A DNA stretch of 64,000 nucleotides from Haliotis cracherodii (lineage: Eukaryota): NCBI RefSeq assembly GCF_022045235.1, contig NW_027266270.1:25358001-25422000 (forward strand), written 5' to 3'. The translations under genes and the position numbers were made by a program. Positions 1 through 12,807 of this stretch are shown here, in pieces; the stretch's first letter is position 1, and every line of letters begins with the position of its first letter. A model generated the notes under the pieces. That model searched no databases, was not told where the DNA came from, and worked only from the letters and a program-made list of their open reading frames with translations.

Positions 1-41
1 AGATAATTCTTATTATTCATTAACCTTACAAATCGACGTAC

Positions 42-3000
42 CTGACTTTCACGTAATCTGACAGCAGCCATCGGTATATGGCTTTTGAGGCATGCGTCAT
101 GAAGCACCGACCTTTGAACCCTGTTTTCTCCAGGAAGTATGGCAAGGCTCCACAATGGTCCAAGTGGAAACTAAAAAACAACATCATGTGACGTCAATGA
201 CGTCTCGTTTCTTGTTTGTTACGTGATCCCAAATTCCAAATTCTACTGTTTCCGCTTTTAGCGCACAGATGTCAGCAGGCTGGATGCCATTTAATTCATT
301 TATAGCAACAGTAAATGAAGTTGTCTTTTCACATCATGTTACTTATTTTGGTCAGCATAATATTAAATACTCTGCCTTTCCTTTTTTCATATTTCAATTT
401 TCAGGAGTAATCGCATTCATAAACCAAGTTTAAAAAACCATTTGACCTTAACGTTAAGATTGTTACTCTGTGAGGGGCGGAAAGATTTGCTTGGACAAAT
501 TGGATGAAACCTTAACACCAATTTCCTTAAAATCAGATATTAGTTCTCGCTACCGCTAAACAAAGATCTGAGGACATCCCAATACAGGTCACGTCAGAAC
601 GACCTTTCGCGAACTTTGACCGACCAATGAAATGACTGACAAGAAATCGACATTAGCCAATAAGAAGGCAGCATTCTCGAGCTTTACGACACTAGTTTCA
701 AATTGGCGTCTACGCTTCGAAACATATTTTGACGTATACTCGATTAAAAAAATTAAAACTGATAAGAAGAACATTCTGGAATGGCTTATAGATGGCCTAG
801 ATTGTAATGGATATAATCATAAAACCCGTAACTGTCTTTCGGAATACCCCGTGTTAAATATTTCGTGGTTGCATGATTAGAAAATACATTCCAAGTGTCA
901 CTTTCATAATCTGGTAGGCGACGCTCTGATTGGTTGGATGAAAGGTCATTCTGACATGACCCGTAATGGGATGTCCTCAGATCTTTGTTTAGCGATAGCA
1001 AGAACTAAGATCTGATTTTAATGAGATTGCCTTAACACTTACTGACTGATAAGGAGCAGGTCTATTTCTTCCACATCCACCATGTCAAGAAACGGCAATG
1101 AAGCATAGCCATTCATGCCTGGGTGGATCCCACAGTCCAGCTGAAACAACACCATGACTTCAGTAATTCCTTGTCTCATGCTAACATCGTGAACTGATCG
1201 AACAGTCTTTGCGAGCCAAGTGATAGAGCAGATATAAACAAACATCAATGACAAGTTAAACATCATTGACATAAGACACTGTGGCAGAAAATTCATACAT
1301 AAACAAATTAAAAACATATGGACAATTAAACTTGGATTTTCTGGTTCATGTTTATAAAAAAACAAACTTGTATCTTGTATATCATCAGTTCGCATTGACA
1401 CCAGACAATAATCAGCTCTTTTGTTTGTTTCTTTATTTGCTGATTTTCGCCACTCAGTAGTGCTACATCACAGCAGCCTGTAAACCCGGTAAATAATCAA
1501 TTTGTGATTGATTTATGAGCAACACCACACGCTGTTAAGGTAATATGATACATAATCAACCAAATCACCAAGTCTGACAACCCAATCCATTTTACTTCTA
1601 GTCACATCATGTCACATGTTACGACAAGAAAAGGTTACTGGGAAACAATTTTATCCTTGAATCCCACATGGAAGATGATATCAAACTATATCTATGTATA
1701 GTAATAGTATGATCTTAATTCATGTTAGTATGTTTATCACGAACTTTGAAAATAACTGTCACAACCATGTTAGGACATGATAGTTACAACAGTTGTACAG
1801 CTAAAACAGCATATTGGAATGAGGCACTTGTGTATAAAGTAGGGCTGGGACTATACACCAACAGTGAGATCCGATACGTATCATGAGGGTCTTGATGGGT
1901 TTTAATGCTTAACATAAAACACCCTTCAAACACTATCGTAAACGTAAAACTCATCTTTTTTTATCATAAATGCTTCTTGTAAAATGTCAAAAAATAACTG
2001 CTCAACGTAAATAAATAATTTACTGCTTATCGTAAAATGATTAAAATGGTCAAAAACAGTCCGTCTTCAAGACCCAAATGCTTCGTCACAGAAAGCAGTC
2101 TGCGCAACTGACCAGTCTAGAATGTTTAGCGATGTGAGATTTTGCCCGGTATTAAAAATATGAATTGTCTGGATGAAACGAAAGCAGAATTTAAAGTCCC
2201 ATGTCCCACCATGGGCCATTTAGGAATTTTTCGCCACGATTTTATTGAAAAAGAAGAAAAATTACTGCTTAATGAAAAAGTACGCTAAATTTTACTGCTT
2301 AATGAAAAAGTACGCTAAATTTTACTGCTTACTGCTTATGGGACCCATCCATCAGGACCCTCTATCATGATACCTTGCTCACAATCCGACATGTATCACA
2401 ATGCTTGCATAAGCGCTTATCTGTGGTGTGTAAGCCAACTTTTTCATAGACAGGATGGCCAAATACCTGGCACACTGATGATCTGCAGTTGGCAGTGTCA
2501 AGTAAGGCACAAGGATGAAAATATTTCACTACTAATATTCACTTCTAAAATTAGTGTTTGGTGTAACAGCAAACATTTAAGGTATGTATAGATATTTTAC
2601 TTAGTGTTCCACTGTGATCGACACTTGGATCGAGAAGTAAAAGTATCATCACATCACTAGTTTAAAGGTATCTGAATATAAAAGATGATTTTCTATTTAC
2701 CATTATAGTTTTTCCTTTGAACTCCATGATGTGACATGATCGCCCAACCTCTTGACCGGCTCCTCTGAAAAAGAAATTGAGAATTTCAGGTATTGCACTT
2801 TATCAATATAAAACAATACATGAACAGACAAGTATAGGATCTCCTTAGGTTAAAATATGGAATGAAAAATATACTTTCTGAACACATGCACAGGTGTTTT
2901 CAAACCATTGTTAGTTAATCTGGCTCACGTTTGGTATGTTTGGGTTTGGTTCCCTTGTTGTTCTTTATTGAGGGTAGTCTCTTGTATCATGACCTTACTT

Positions 3001-3708
3001 TCTGTCCATAACATTTTCTGTTAGATTGAAAAGTTTGTCAGTTACAGACCTAACCTAATGGCAAAGTAGGAGTGACAATGTCCCAAAGACACAGCCAAGT
3101 CTCATTTGGACAATGAATAGATGTCAATTTAAGTTCCATTGTGAATGTAGCATGCTACACATCCCACCCTATTAAGTTTCTACTTTTGAAAGACAGCACC
3201 CTCATTTATCTACTTTTGAAAGACAGCACCCTCATTTATCCCATATTTGAAAAGTTGCAATCGATCTTTCTGATCTCGTTCAATTTTGGTCTTACACTAG
3301 TTATCACTTTTGAGGGGTTTGTGTGTGTGTGTGTGTCGTGTGTCGTGTGTGTGTCGTGTGTGTGTGTGTGTGTCGTGTGTGTGTCGTGTGTGTGTCGTGT
3401 GTGTCGTATGTGTGTGTCGTGTGTGTCGTGTGTGTGTGTGTGTGTGTGTGTGTGAACATCTTTTAAACAGAGCGGTGCAAGAACTCAACCATGACCATGC
3501 TGTTTGTGTTTGCTCACAAAGACGCATGATCAGCTGGTGACGTGAGATCTACGAATCAAGACCCAGCGTGTGTATGATTTTGTTCTCTCTTCAAATAAGA
3601 CGAATCATAAGACATTGACATAAAGTTATGAACTAACAGAGGTCTAATAATGAGTTGTTCGCTCTCTTCAGCCGGTACTTGACTCTCGGATTTTCGTTTT
3701 GACGCCAT
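42..3708 (-). CDS. CPSF3: Cleavage and polyadenylation specificity factor subunit 3 (CPSF73), first four coding exons; gene continues beyond the left edge
   Basis: Exons 3638-3708, 2701-2764, 1043-1140 and 42-170 all have GT-AG borders and compatible phases. They splice to [121 protein letters not shown]. The metallo-beta-lactamase HxHxDH motif is present. [19 protein letters not shown] and [13 protein letters not shown] fit CPSF3 rather than INTS11. Confidence 0.96.
519..1029. mobile_element. Non-autonomous DNA transposon (MITE) with about 90-bp TIRs and a 9-bp TSD, Mutator-like
   Basis: Left end CAATTTCCTTAAAATCAGATATTAGTTCTCGCTACCGCTAAACAAAGATCTGAGGACATCCC has an inverted match ending at 1029. 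CCTTAACAC flanks both sides (510-518, 1030-1038). Confidence 0.85.
1840..2659. mobile_element. hAT-like MITE containing a nested insertion
   Basis: Ends are TAGGGCTG and CATCACTA, with GATAC/GTATC subterminal motifs. Flanks GTATAAAG and GTTTAAAG match at 7 of 8 positions. Confidence 0.6.
1885..2362. mobile_element. Nested non-autonomous DNA element with GAG..CTC termini and a 6-bp TSD
   Basis: TIR GAGGGTCTTGATGG / CCATCAGGACCCTC. TATCAT lies on both sides (1879-1884, 2363-2368). Internal TTTACTGCTTA repeats. Confidence 0.75.
3319..3453. repeat. Compound (GT)n/(GTC) microsatellite in CPSF3 intron 1
   Basis: Directly visible. It explains the VC-rich and HT-rich ORFs. Confidence 0.95.
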
Positions 3709-4625
3709 TTCTGACCGGATACGGAAATCATTCGGATACTTCGTTAACCAGGAACATATTATGTCACTTTCTAAATAATTCATTATTTTAAACCTAGTGA
3801 AAATGTCAAATGTAAAGTTTGAACAAACAGTCGACTAAGGCATTCACTTAAGTGTCCATATTGTATTACTTGGTGCGTAGTTGCTCGAAAATTGTGACAT
3901 AAATAAATATGCCCGGATTTTAAGCACAACAAAATGGCTGCCCCCGTTATTGGAGGCATGTGTTATGGTGTTATGTCATGTTTCTGAAATGAATCTTTTG
4001 ACAGCAAATTCGAGAAGCTGACATGTTTATTTTGGGTAATGAATTAATAGGTTGTCAATACAAGACGGAAATGGACGGTTGTTATCATCATGCAAACATG
4101 TTTTTCACATGTGCAAGGTTTCATTGATCCAGACTTCTTTTCTGTTTAAAAGCAAAGACTAAATTTTTGACAGTCACCAATATGCCAGTTAATTTGTGAA
4201 TGGGTCTTTTAGTAGTTTGACCTAAATGCTATATACAGTGGCCACATGCATGCCTCATTAAATAATTTTAAGTCCAATTACTTTTTTTCAAAAAGTTGCA
4301 TTCAGTAGAGAGAATGTGTATTTTTCAAAATTGTTATAATTACATTGTTTGTGAAAATGACACTTAGTAGGACTAAAATGTTGTTTCTATGCAGTTGGGA
4401 TATGTTGACATCCATCAACCAAATCAGCGACCCCCACCACCTTAGCCAATTAGTCTGCTCTTACAAAAAGCATGGGTTGATGAAGACAAATTCTGACCCA
4501 GATAGTTTCGTCCTAGTATGTATAACTCAACAGAACACTCTCCACTGAGCTCAATGTTCTATTTCAGATCTCCACCAAGAACTGAAGCACATCCAAATCC
4601 ATCCGATGAATCTATAAATCTGAAA
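3709..4625. promoter_or_regulatory. Bidirectional (head-to-head) promoter and 5' UTR region of CPSF3 and MTRF1L
   Basis: The divergent ATGs are about 0.92 kb apart. AAATGGCG/AAATGGCT YY1-like motifs occur at 3703-3710 (minus), 3931-3942 and 4623-4632. A plausible acceptor (CTATTTCAG) ends at 4567, upstream of the MTRF1L ATG. Confidence 0.6.
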
Positions 4626-7600
4626 ATGGCCGCCCCATTGAGCAAGTGTAACGCAACCTGTATAAAGCGCCTGTATTTCACATTATTGTCACATCAAAGA
4701 CAACTGTCCTGTCAAAGTCCAATGAAAAGTTGTTCAGATCAGAAATCTTTTTTTTCAAAGCAATATTTTCAAAATAGACAATACTCTGTTTATGGCAGTA
4801 TATCATTCAGTCAATATCGGGCAATATGTCAAGTGAAACATGTACTATCTATGGAAACTGACAGGATTGCAAATGATAACAAGAAGAAAGATTTGCAGTT
4901 GTTTGGACTAAACTACATAGAGCAAATTCTTGCAAGGAAATACCACTCTGTTACTCAAGGTGTACAGTGGTCGAGTAGGCTCAAGTGTGTTGTAGATGTA
5001 TGTGATGACAACACATGGAGAGCTGTAAACCACACGAGGAAATATGCTTCTAGAAGTGACCGATTCAACATTAACTGTAACCAACTTTACCATGACTATC
5101 TTACTAGCTTAGATACTGAGTATGACAATTTAGCTTCTGATCTCGCCGGCCAAAGTGTCAAATCTTCCAAGGACATGAATCTACGTCTGCAGAAGTTGTC
5201 TCCTGTGGTATCAGTCTTCAGGGACATTCAACAGAAATATTCCGAGGTGACGGAACTGGATAGCTTGTTATCAGGTACAGAGGTAGGGCAATGGACCTGA
5301 TGACATTGCATTTAAAATTTATATATGAAACTTAAAGTCTATAGTCAGCACCGATGACCAAGTGGTCTATAGTGCCACAATTTGTTGTGCAGTTGAATGC
5401 CATGGTCATATCAGGATCTATTGTTTGTGAGTTAGAGAGACACTCAGTTCCAGGAATGAGTTGTCATACTTTAAAATATATATCTACAAATTAAAAAAAA
5501 TAATCCAAAGCTTAATTTGAAAGCTGAGGCAATTTACACTTACCAAATCATTCTAGACTTGAGTTGGATTCATTTTTCTATTTATTCTCTGGGGTCTGGG
5601 AGACAGACAAGTCATGAGTTTGAATCCCAGATTTGCTCTCATTTTGATCATTTGTCAGAACCACTATGCCCATGTTCATGGGTTTCGCCTAATGGTAAAT
5701 GTCTATGACCTGCTTCACATGGACTTTTCTCCAACACTATACTTTGTATAACTGAAGTGAGGTTAATGAAAGGAGGGGGCTTATGTTTCTAGGTTTGTCA
5801 GCACCATACCCGTTCTCGTTGGTGGTAAACGTCTGAGACCTGCATCACTTTGGGCTTTCTTCCTACATTAAGCTGACATGCCGCGATATAACTGTAATAC
5901 TGTTTAAAAGTGACTTTAAACCCAACTCACTCACTCACTCACCAATGACAGGGATGTGCTCAATGTGGGCATGGTGGGTGAGTCTCTAGTTTTGGATTAT
6001 TTTATGCCTAGTGAGACTGGACATGGGACTGGTCATGGTTGGTTTGTTAGTTTGTTGTTTTACGGCGTACACAGCAATATTCCAGCTATATGACGGCGGT
6101 CTGTAAATAATGGGGTCTTCACCAGACAATCCAGTGACTGATATCATGAGCATCGATCTACGCAATTCGGATCGATGACATGCTTCAACAAAGTCAGCGA
6201 GCCTGACCACCCATGAAATAATGACTCTTCTATTTTTTCAAAGATACAAGTTATAAATTTGAAAATCATAATGATCATTTAGGGACTGATAATTTATTAT
6301 GGGGAGGGTGCGGGGGAGGAGTCATGAAGAATGTTTGCTTGTAATTAGGGTGGATATTGGGACATGAAAAAATGATACATACAATGGGGTCAGCAAAATA
6401 TGATACAGTCCTAAGACCAATCTCTCCCCCTACAAAATACATTACCAGTCCCTTGGGTAAAACAGTAAATAAAATAGTTTGATATGGCAAAATATAAATT
6501 GAAAAAATGTGCTGGTGGTATCACAAGTCTATTTACATTATTTCAAATTAATCCATCCTTAATCTTTGCAATTTTTCAGGTTATGACTGATTGAGGAGTC
6601 TAAATGTTTCGCTAATAACCATTTGGAGGAACACATGATCACTTTCACATTCCTCTATCCTTTCATTTCCTCAGGGTCTGATGATGCTGAGATGGTTACC
6701 ATGGCAACAAGAGAGAAGCAGGAACTGCTTGAAGATATTAAGGATAAGGAGAGTGGGGTATGGTAACCATGACAACTGCTGTTTGTGAATTGTAATGAGT
6801 TTGTATCTGTGGCATATACTACAACAGGACCACCTCTGTGGTAGAGCATTGTCCGTGGGGTTCGATCCCTGGCCGCGTCATACCAAAAGACGTTAAAAGA
6901 TGGTACTTGTTGTACCCTGTCTGGCGCTTGGCATTAAGGGGCTAAAACAAGGACTAGTCGGCTCGGAGTCAGTATACTGTGTCTGAGTGGGGTATTCATG
7001 TTAAACTGCGGCATGGTATCTCAGTGGGCTAGCACTATAAATCGGTATCAGTNNNNNNNNNNNNNNNNNNNNNNNNNNNNNNNNNNNNNNNNNNNNNNNN
7101 NNNNNNNNNNNNNNNNNNNNNNNNNNNNNNNNNNNNNNNNNNNNNNNNNNNNNNNNNNNNNNNNNNNNNNNNNNNNNNNNNNNNNNNNNNNNNNNNNNNN
7201 NNNNNNNNNNAGTGCAATAATCTTGGACGCGACGTTAAACCCAATTTCACCTCACCTGAACATGTGACAAGGGAAGGCATTACAACCCTGACAATGACCC
7301 ATTCTACCCATTGTGATAATCTTTTTGTCATGTTCAGGACGACTCCAAACAAAGTGACCGGCCAATCAAGAAGAACCTTAATTTGTAGAAAAAATTGTAC
7401 ATTGTATTTGTTTTTACTTTTTGTGTGTGTTAATTTCAGATGTTTTTAAACATTGCATTTTAAAATTGCAGTCAGTGGAAATATTTTATACATATTTGTA
7501 TGCGAGAAAACTCAAAATTAATGGGTAATGAAGATGACCTTTGCATATTTTACGTGACCCATGAAGATTCTGGGGTAGACTAGGTCTTCAGCAACCCATG

Positions 7601-9065
7601 CTTGCCGTTAAAGGCGACTATGCTTGTCGTAAGACAGGATTGGCTGGTCAGGCTGGCTGACTTGGTTGATACATGTCATCGATCCCAATTGCCTTTGTCG
7701 ATGCTCATGATTCACTGGATTGTCTGGTCGAGACTCGATTATTTACAGACTGCCGTCATGTAGCCGGAATATGGCTGAGTGCGGTGTTAAACAAGAAACC
7801 AACAAAGCATATTTTACGTATATTCTCAGCTTACTGGAGCTGTGCCTACAGTAGTGGCAGTGCTGACAATCAAGCTGGACCAACCACTACCCCAAACACT
7901 CCCCCTATAGGTATTCATGGAGTTCTCTCCCTTCCTGTTGCAGCTGGTGTTGATGTTGGCTGGGGAGTCTAGGGTGGACAAGAATGACATCATTCTTGAG
8001 GTGTCGGCCGGTGTCGGGGGTCAGGAAGCCATGTTGTTCACAGGCGAGGTGTTCAGCATGTACGAGAACTATGCACAATACAAGGGCTGGGTCTTCCAAA
8101 TAATTGACTATGAACGCAGTGAAATAGGTAGGACTTCAGCATGATCATCCATTCTCATGTCTATATATTTCTTCAGGGTAATAATACTTTTTCTTCACAT
8201 ATTATCAAAATAGTTTTTGTGATAAAAAATTTAAGTGGAAAGAAAATCTTAATAGTGCTTTCCAGTATTTGGTGTCTACATCTCACGGCTTTTGAGGTAC
8301 AATAGTAAGAGCTTGTTCGGCTGCAAACATTGGAAAGAGCATCATGCGACTCTTGCTCGAAGGTTGTTAGATCAGGTTACGACCTGTATGACCTTAGTAA
8401 TGGTTTCAAAAGGTTTTTCATGTTAGACAGGGGCAGTCGGGTAGCCTAGTGGTTTTGCGTTCGCTTGTCACGCTGAAGCCCCGGGTTCATTTCCCGACAT
8501 GGGTACAATGGTTGAAGTCCATTTCTGGTGTCCCCGGCCGTGATATTGCTGGAATATTGTTAAAAGCGGCGTAAAACCATACTCACTCACTCATGTTAGA
8601 CATGCAGAGGACATTTCCAAATATGACTCAGTCAGAATTGTACAATGGACATAAAGCAGATAATTTTTTATGATTATGGAAACTTTTATTTCTTGATTTA
8701 GTTGAAACTCCCAACATTGTTTTTCCTTTCACATGTTGTTTTCAGGGGGTTTGAGACGAGCATCCGCTGCCATAGAGGGGACAGACGTATTCAAGTACCT
8801 GAAGTTTGAGGGCGGTGTGCATCGGGTTCAGAGAGTCCCGCGGACTGAGAAGTCTGGCCGAGTCCACACCAGTACCATGACAGTCGCCATATTGCCACAA
8901 CCTGATGAGGTATGAGGGAATCTACTCATGATTTGTAGAATGCAACTCCCTCATATTTCCAATTTCTAGCATCTTTCGATATTGTTTATATTCCTGCATC
9001 CTGGCTGCAGATTAAGAATTCAGTCTGTATTAAGTTCCTATCAAAGTTAGTCAGTCATGGTTATT

Positions 9066-9099
<34 letters not shown>

Positions 9100-12000
9100 T
9101 GAGGACTTTTATTGTGCTAGCCTCATACACTTCTGCATGCTCAAAGCGCTAACTTTTTTACCCCAGTCAACGGATGAGTGTACACTCGATCTTCATTCTC
9201 AGCTCCCCGGGGAGTATACAACCCAAGCTGACTTGTCAGATGCTAGAAGGGGGACAGTCACATTACCATCTCATTCTACAGCGTACCCATTTTTACTGCT
9301 GGGTGAACAGAGGCATATTTCGAACAAAGTAACAAGGCTACTACATACCACTGGTGAACCATCAACTCATGAAAGGCCCCAATCAGTCATAATCCTTTTG
9401 TTGTTTATTACTAGCTTCACCCTTCTGTTTATATTACAGGCTTCACCGGCTAATATGTTTTACCCTTCTGTGTACATAACAGGCTCCTCCACTCCAGCAG
9501 TGTAACAACATCTCATATCTACTCTACTGTATAAACACTGCCTCCTATCCTGTCCATATACTGGTCAACCATACTCTGTACATCATATGCTTGATAACGG
9601 TGTTAGAACCTACACCGAATCGTCGCTCCTAATTGTAATAAAGAAGTTGTTCATCCATATATCTTATCCTTACAAAGTAACTCGCCTAAGGAGACACCAA
9701 ATGTAATATGTGCTTCAGTATATGGCAGGCCTGAAGCCTGAGAAACTCTCAGGACTGAAGCTGCCGAACGTGGTTACCCATCCACCCCTCCGCGATCTTC
9801 TCTCATTTCTTACTTAAAAGATTGGTAACCTGTGCTCTGTGCAGTTCACCTGTGCTCTGTGCAGTTCACCTGTGCGAAGGCAATTCACAATTATGAGATT
9901 AGAGAGACGCAATATTGAGGTACATATATGTTTCTACTTCTATGTAATGTTTGAAAAATAGAGCTTAAACTTAGAAGCTGTTTATTTCTGGTCCAGATTG
10001 ATGTTGTGATCCATGCAAAGGACCTTCAAGTGGAGACGTTCCGTGCCAGTGGGAGCGGAGGCCAGCATGTCAACAACACTGACAGTGCTGTCCGCATCAC
10101 ACACACTCCCACCAGTAAGTGGTGGCCCCAGGCATTTAAGGCACCATAATTTGCTGCTCAGAGTTACATCCCTTGGGCACGCCAGAAACCTATGATTGTG
10201 GGTTCCCGTCCCTATTCGCCTTGATTATGTTTCTAGGTTTGTCAGCACCATAACTGTGCTCATGATTTTCACAAAAGTGGTAAGCATCTGAGACCTGCAT
10301 CATTTCAGGCTTTCCTCCTGCATTGAGCTGTGATGTAACTAGGATACTGTTCAAACGGGGTTAAACCCGACTCACTCACTCATTCAACTGTAAAATTATT
10401 GATGAGTTGTTAAATGCAGTGTCATTTTTTCACTGCAGTACCTTTTGTCAAGTATTGTCATTTGACGATACCAATTTTAGCAATATTCCAGCAATATCAT
10501 TGTGGGGGACACCAGAAATGGGCTTCACACTTTTTGAACATGTGGGGAATCAAACCCTGTCCCTTAATGTGATGAGCAAACACTTCAATCACTAGGCTAA
10601 CATGCCACCCTGAAATACCTACACAGCTACTTACAGTTCTTGGGCCCCCTAACACAAAGCGATCTTAGTGCTAAGATGATCTTAACTCCCATACTTTAAC
10701 ATAGGCTTACAATGGTCTTAGCGCTAAGATCGTTTTGTGCAAGTGGGCCCTGTTCTCATTGATGTCATGTCATGAAGTGTAACCTGCAACAACTTAACTT
10801 TGTTTATAATGTCACCCATCTTCCCGAGGCAAGGGAGTTAACTGACTTTAAAAGTCTTAGTTCCACCCTTGCCAAACTAGGCTGAAATAATGGAGTTATA
10901 ATTTGGCTGGACTAACGAGTCTATGCATAGTCCAATCCAAACTGTTTTTTCTCTCAGATCTTTGGGGAGTATACATTTTATAGGTAGCAATGTATCAGTG
11001 TATATATAGATTTTGGCGAAAAATGTGATGAACTTTCGGTATCAGTTACCATTCTTGTTCTTTCAGTAAATTGTATATTGTCTGACTGTAATTGTATAAC
11101 TGCACCTGCAACTCTGTGTGCTTCTGTTAAACGAAGATACTGCAAATACCCAACACCAGCATCAAGCCTCTTCCAGGAATGTCCTTGTTCCTTCAGAAAC
11201 CATCGCTGAATGTCAGTCTGAGAGGTCGCAGATTCGAAACCGAGAGATTGCATTGCAGCTCATAAGGTCAAGGTCAGTGAATGTGTTACAGAAAATGGGA
11301 CGTGGTTTTAACCTGCTTGTCAGCAACATCGAAGCACATCAGCAGCCTTCAAAATTCACGCTAGACAAAGACGGCTCAATTGTGCTTAGGGCAAATAAAG
11401 TTCTCATTTTGACAAGAAGCATTTAAGGGCAACAAATCTGAACTAGTTCTCAATAATGCAGTTCGCTCAAGTTGGAACAACATAAAACTGACAAAAAATG
11501 TAAGCATTGTAAACATTTTTGTCTTGTTCAAGCAGGACAAGTCCAAGACTCTGGACTTAAATTTACATAGTCCTCTGGGGGTATCATGGATGGCCCAGTC
11601 ATCTAAAGCCCCACGATTTGCTGTGTAGAGTTGCTTCCCTTGGGCATGCCAGAAACCTATGATTGTGGGTTCGAATCCCGGTTCGCCCCAATTATGTTTC
11701 TAGGTTTGTCAGCACCATACCCGTGCTCATGGGTTTCACCGAAGTGGTAAACTTCTGGGACCTGCATCACTTCAGGCTTTCTTCTGACATGAAGCTGACA
11801 TGTCGCGATATAACTGGAATACTGTTAAAAGTGGCGTTAAACCCAACTCACTCATTCACTCGCTTACATAGTCTTCTGGACTAATCTTATTTTTTTTCTA
11901 GGGGTTCATCAACATTGTGTTTTGTCACCTTCAGCAATATTCCAGCTGTATGAGGGGTGGCAAGGTTTATTTGACTCTTTTAAGAAAAGTGAAACACCCA

Positions 12001-12310
12001 TGTCTGTTCCAGGATATACCAGGAGGAATTGACAGCCCAAATGGCAGAGACCGATGCTACCAGGAGGCTGCAGATCGGTACCGGTGGACGGTCCGAGAAG
12101 ATCCGCACCTATAACTTCCCACAGGACAGAGTGACAGACCACAGACTTGGGGAGAACTGTCACAACATCGATGTCTTCCTCCATGGAGGCGAGGATCTTG
12201 ATGACGTCATTGTCAGTCTTATGTGGGGCATCAAGTATGAGATTGTTGATGGCATACTGGAGGATTTTGACAACAAACGAAAAAAGACAAATAAAGTAAA
12301 GAAGACGTAG
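4626..12310 (+). CDS. MTRF1L: Mitochondrial peptide chain release factor 1-like (mtRF1a type), 7 coding exons, about 523 aa
   Basis: Exons 4626-5274, 6675-6757, 7944-8127, 8746-8909, 9997-10114, 11197-11272 and 12013-12310 are GT-AG and phase-compatible (1572 nt). Motifs: [20 protein letters not shown] (RF1-type PxT), SGSGGQHVN (GGQ), [27 protein letters not shown]. The N-terminus is basic and Ser-rich like a presequence. The start ATG choice is less certain. Confidence 0.93.
6828..7256 (+). mobile_element. tRNA-headed SINE with a Meta-like central domain (family 3), spanning the assembly gap 7053-7210
   Basis: GGTTCGATCCC B-box, GTCATACCAAAAGACGTTAAAAGATGGTAC core and GACGTTAAACCCAATTTCACCTCACCT tail. 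Confidence 0.8.
7053..7210. other. Assembly gap
   Basis: Run of N inside a SINE. Confidence 0.99.
7556..7806 (+). mobile_element. Short retroposon, family 4 (non-tRNA GACCC head), apparently full length
   Basis: 13-bp TSD GCATATTTTACGT and an (AAAC)-like tail. Related copies near 6040-6215 (minus), 16637-16912, 19900-20060 (minus), 22510-22670, 23180-23470 and 48580-48800. Confidence 0.85.
8430..8590 (+). mobile_element. tRNA-Asp-derived SINE (family 1)
   Basis: A and B boxes, GTC anticodon-like loop, (ACTC)n tail, and 12-bp TSD TCATGTTAGACA. Confidence 0.88.
10642..10751. mobile_element. Small palindromic MITE with GGGCCC termini
   Basis: GGGCCC..CACAAAGCGATCTTAGTGCTAAGA is mirrored by TCTTAGCGCTAAGATCGTTTTGTG..GGGCCC. 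A related fragment lies near 59765-59852. Confidence 0.65.
11577..11860 (+). mobile_element. tRNA-headed SINE family 2 in the MTRF1L last intron (shared with copy B at about 40211-40506)
   Basis: GGTTCGAATCCC B-box and (ACTC)n tail. Flanked by TTACATAGTC(C/T)TCTGG on both sides. Confidence 0.8.
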
Positions 12311-12807
12311 ATTCCGATAAAGTCTTGTTGGTTCTACGGTGTGTGTTATGGTTTCTAGTTTTTCTCAATCTTATTAATATCGGATCTTTACAAAAATATG
12401 ATACCTCTCTGTCTGAGCCAATCAGATGTCAGCTTCATAAAACACTCCAGCTTCATTTCTTCACCCTGCCATTTTGGGAATTTTGATTTGTACAAATGAA
12501 AACCAACAGAGAATACATGTTGTCTCCAGTGGTACTCCCCCTTGGGTGTTGATGTCAAGCGCTCAAATATAACAGGGTATATAAAATGTGAATGCAATAT
12601 AAAGGTGTGGCTTTTTTTATCGGCATTCGGAACTTCATGTTCGAGATACAGAAATCAGATACACTGGTCTGCATGTTTGGCTCCCTCGTACATGGAAATT
12701 TCGAAACACTTATTGCCTGATTAGAAAGTTCTGATTCGACCTCCGATGGAAGTTATTTATTGGAGGGGTGGTCATGAAAAAATGACAGGTTTTTTCTAAT
12801 AAAAAAT

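Noticed and set aside
42-3708. INTS11/CPSF3L as the identity of the left gene
   Set aside because: Diagnostic residues ([30 protein letters not shown]) match CPSF3.
5275-5284. Alternative donor GAG/GTAGGG after 5282
   Set aside because: It is phase 0, incompatible with the phase-1 exon at 6675. The donor after 5274 keeps the frame.
9588-9642. Minimal hammerhead or Penelope-end-like motif CTTGATAA-CGGTGT-loop-ACACCG-AATCGTCG..AATAAA
   Set aside because: The core deviates from CTGANGA and GAAA and no flanking stems are evident. At most an inactive relic.
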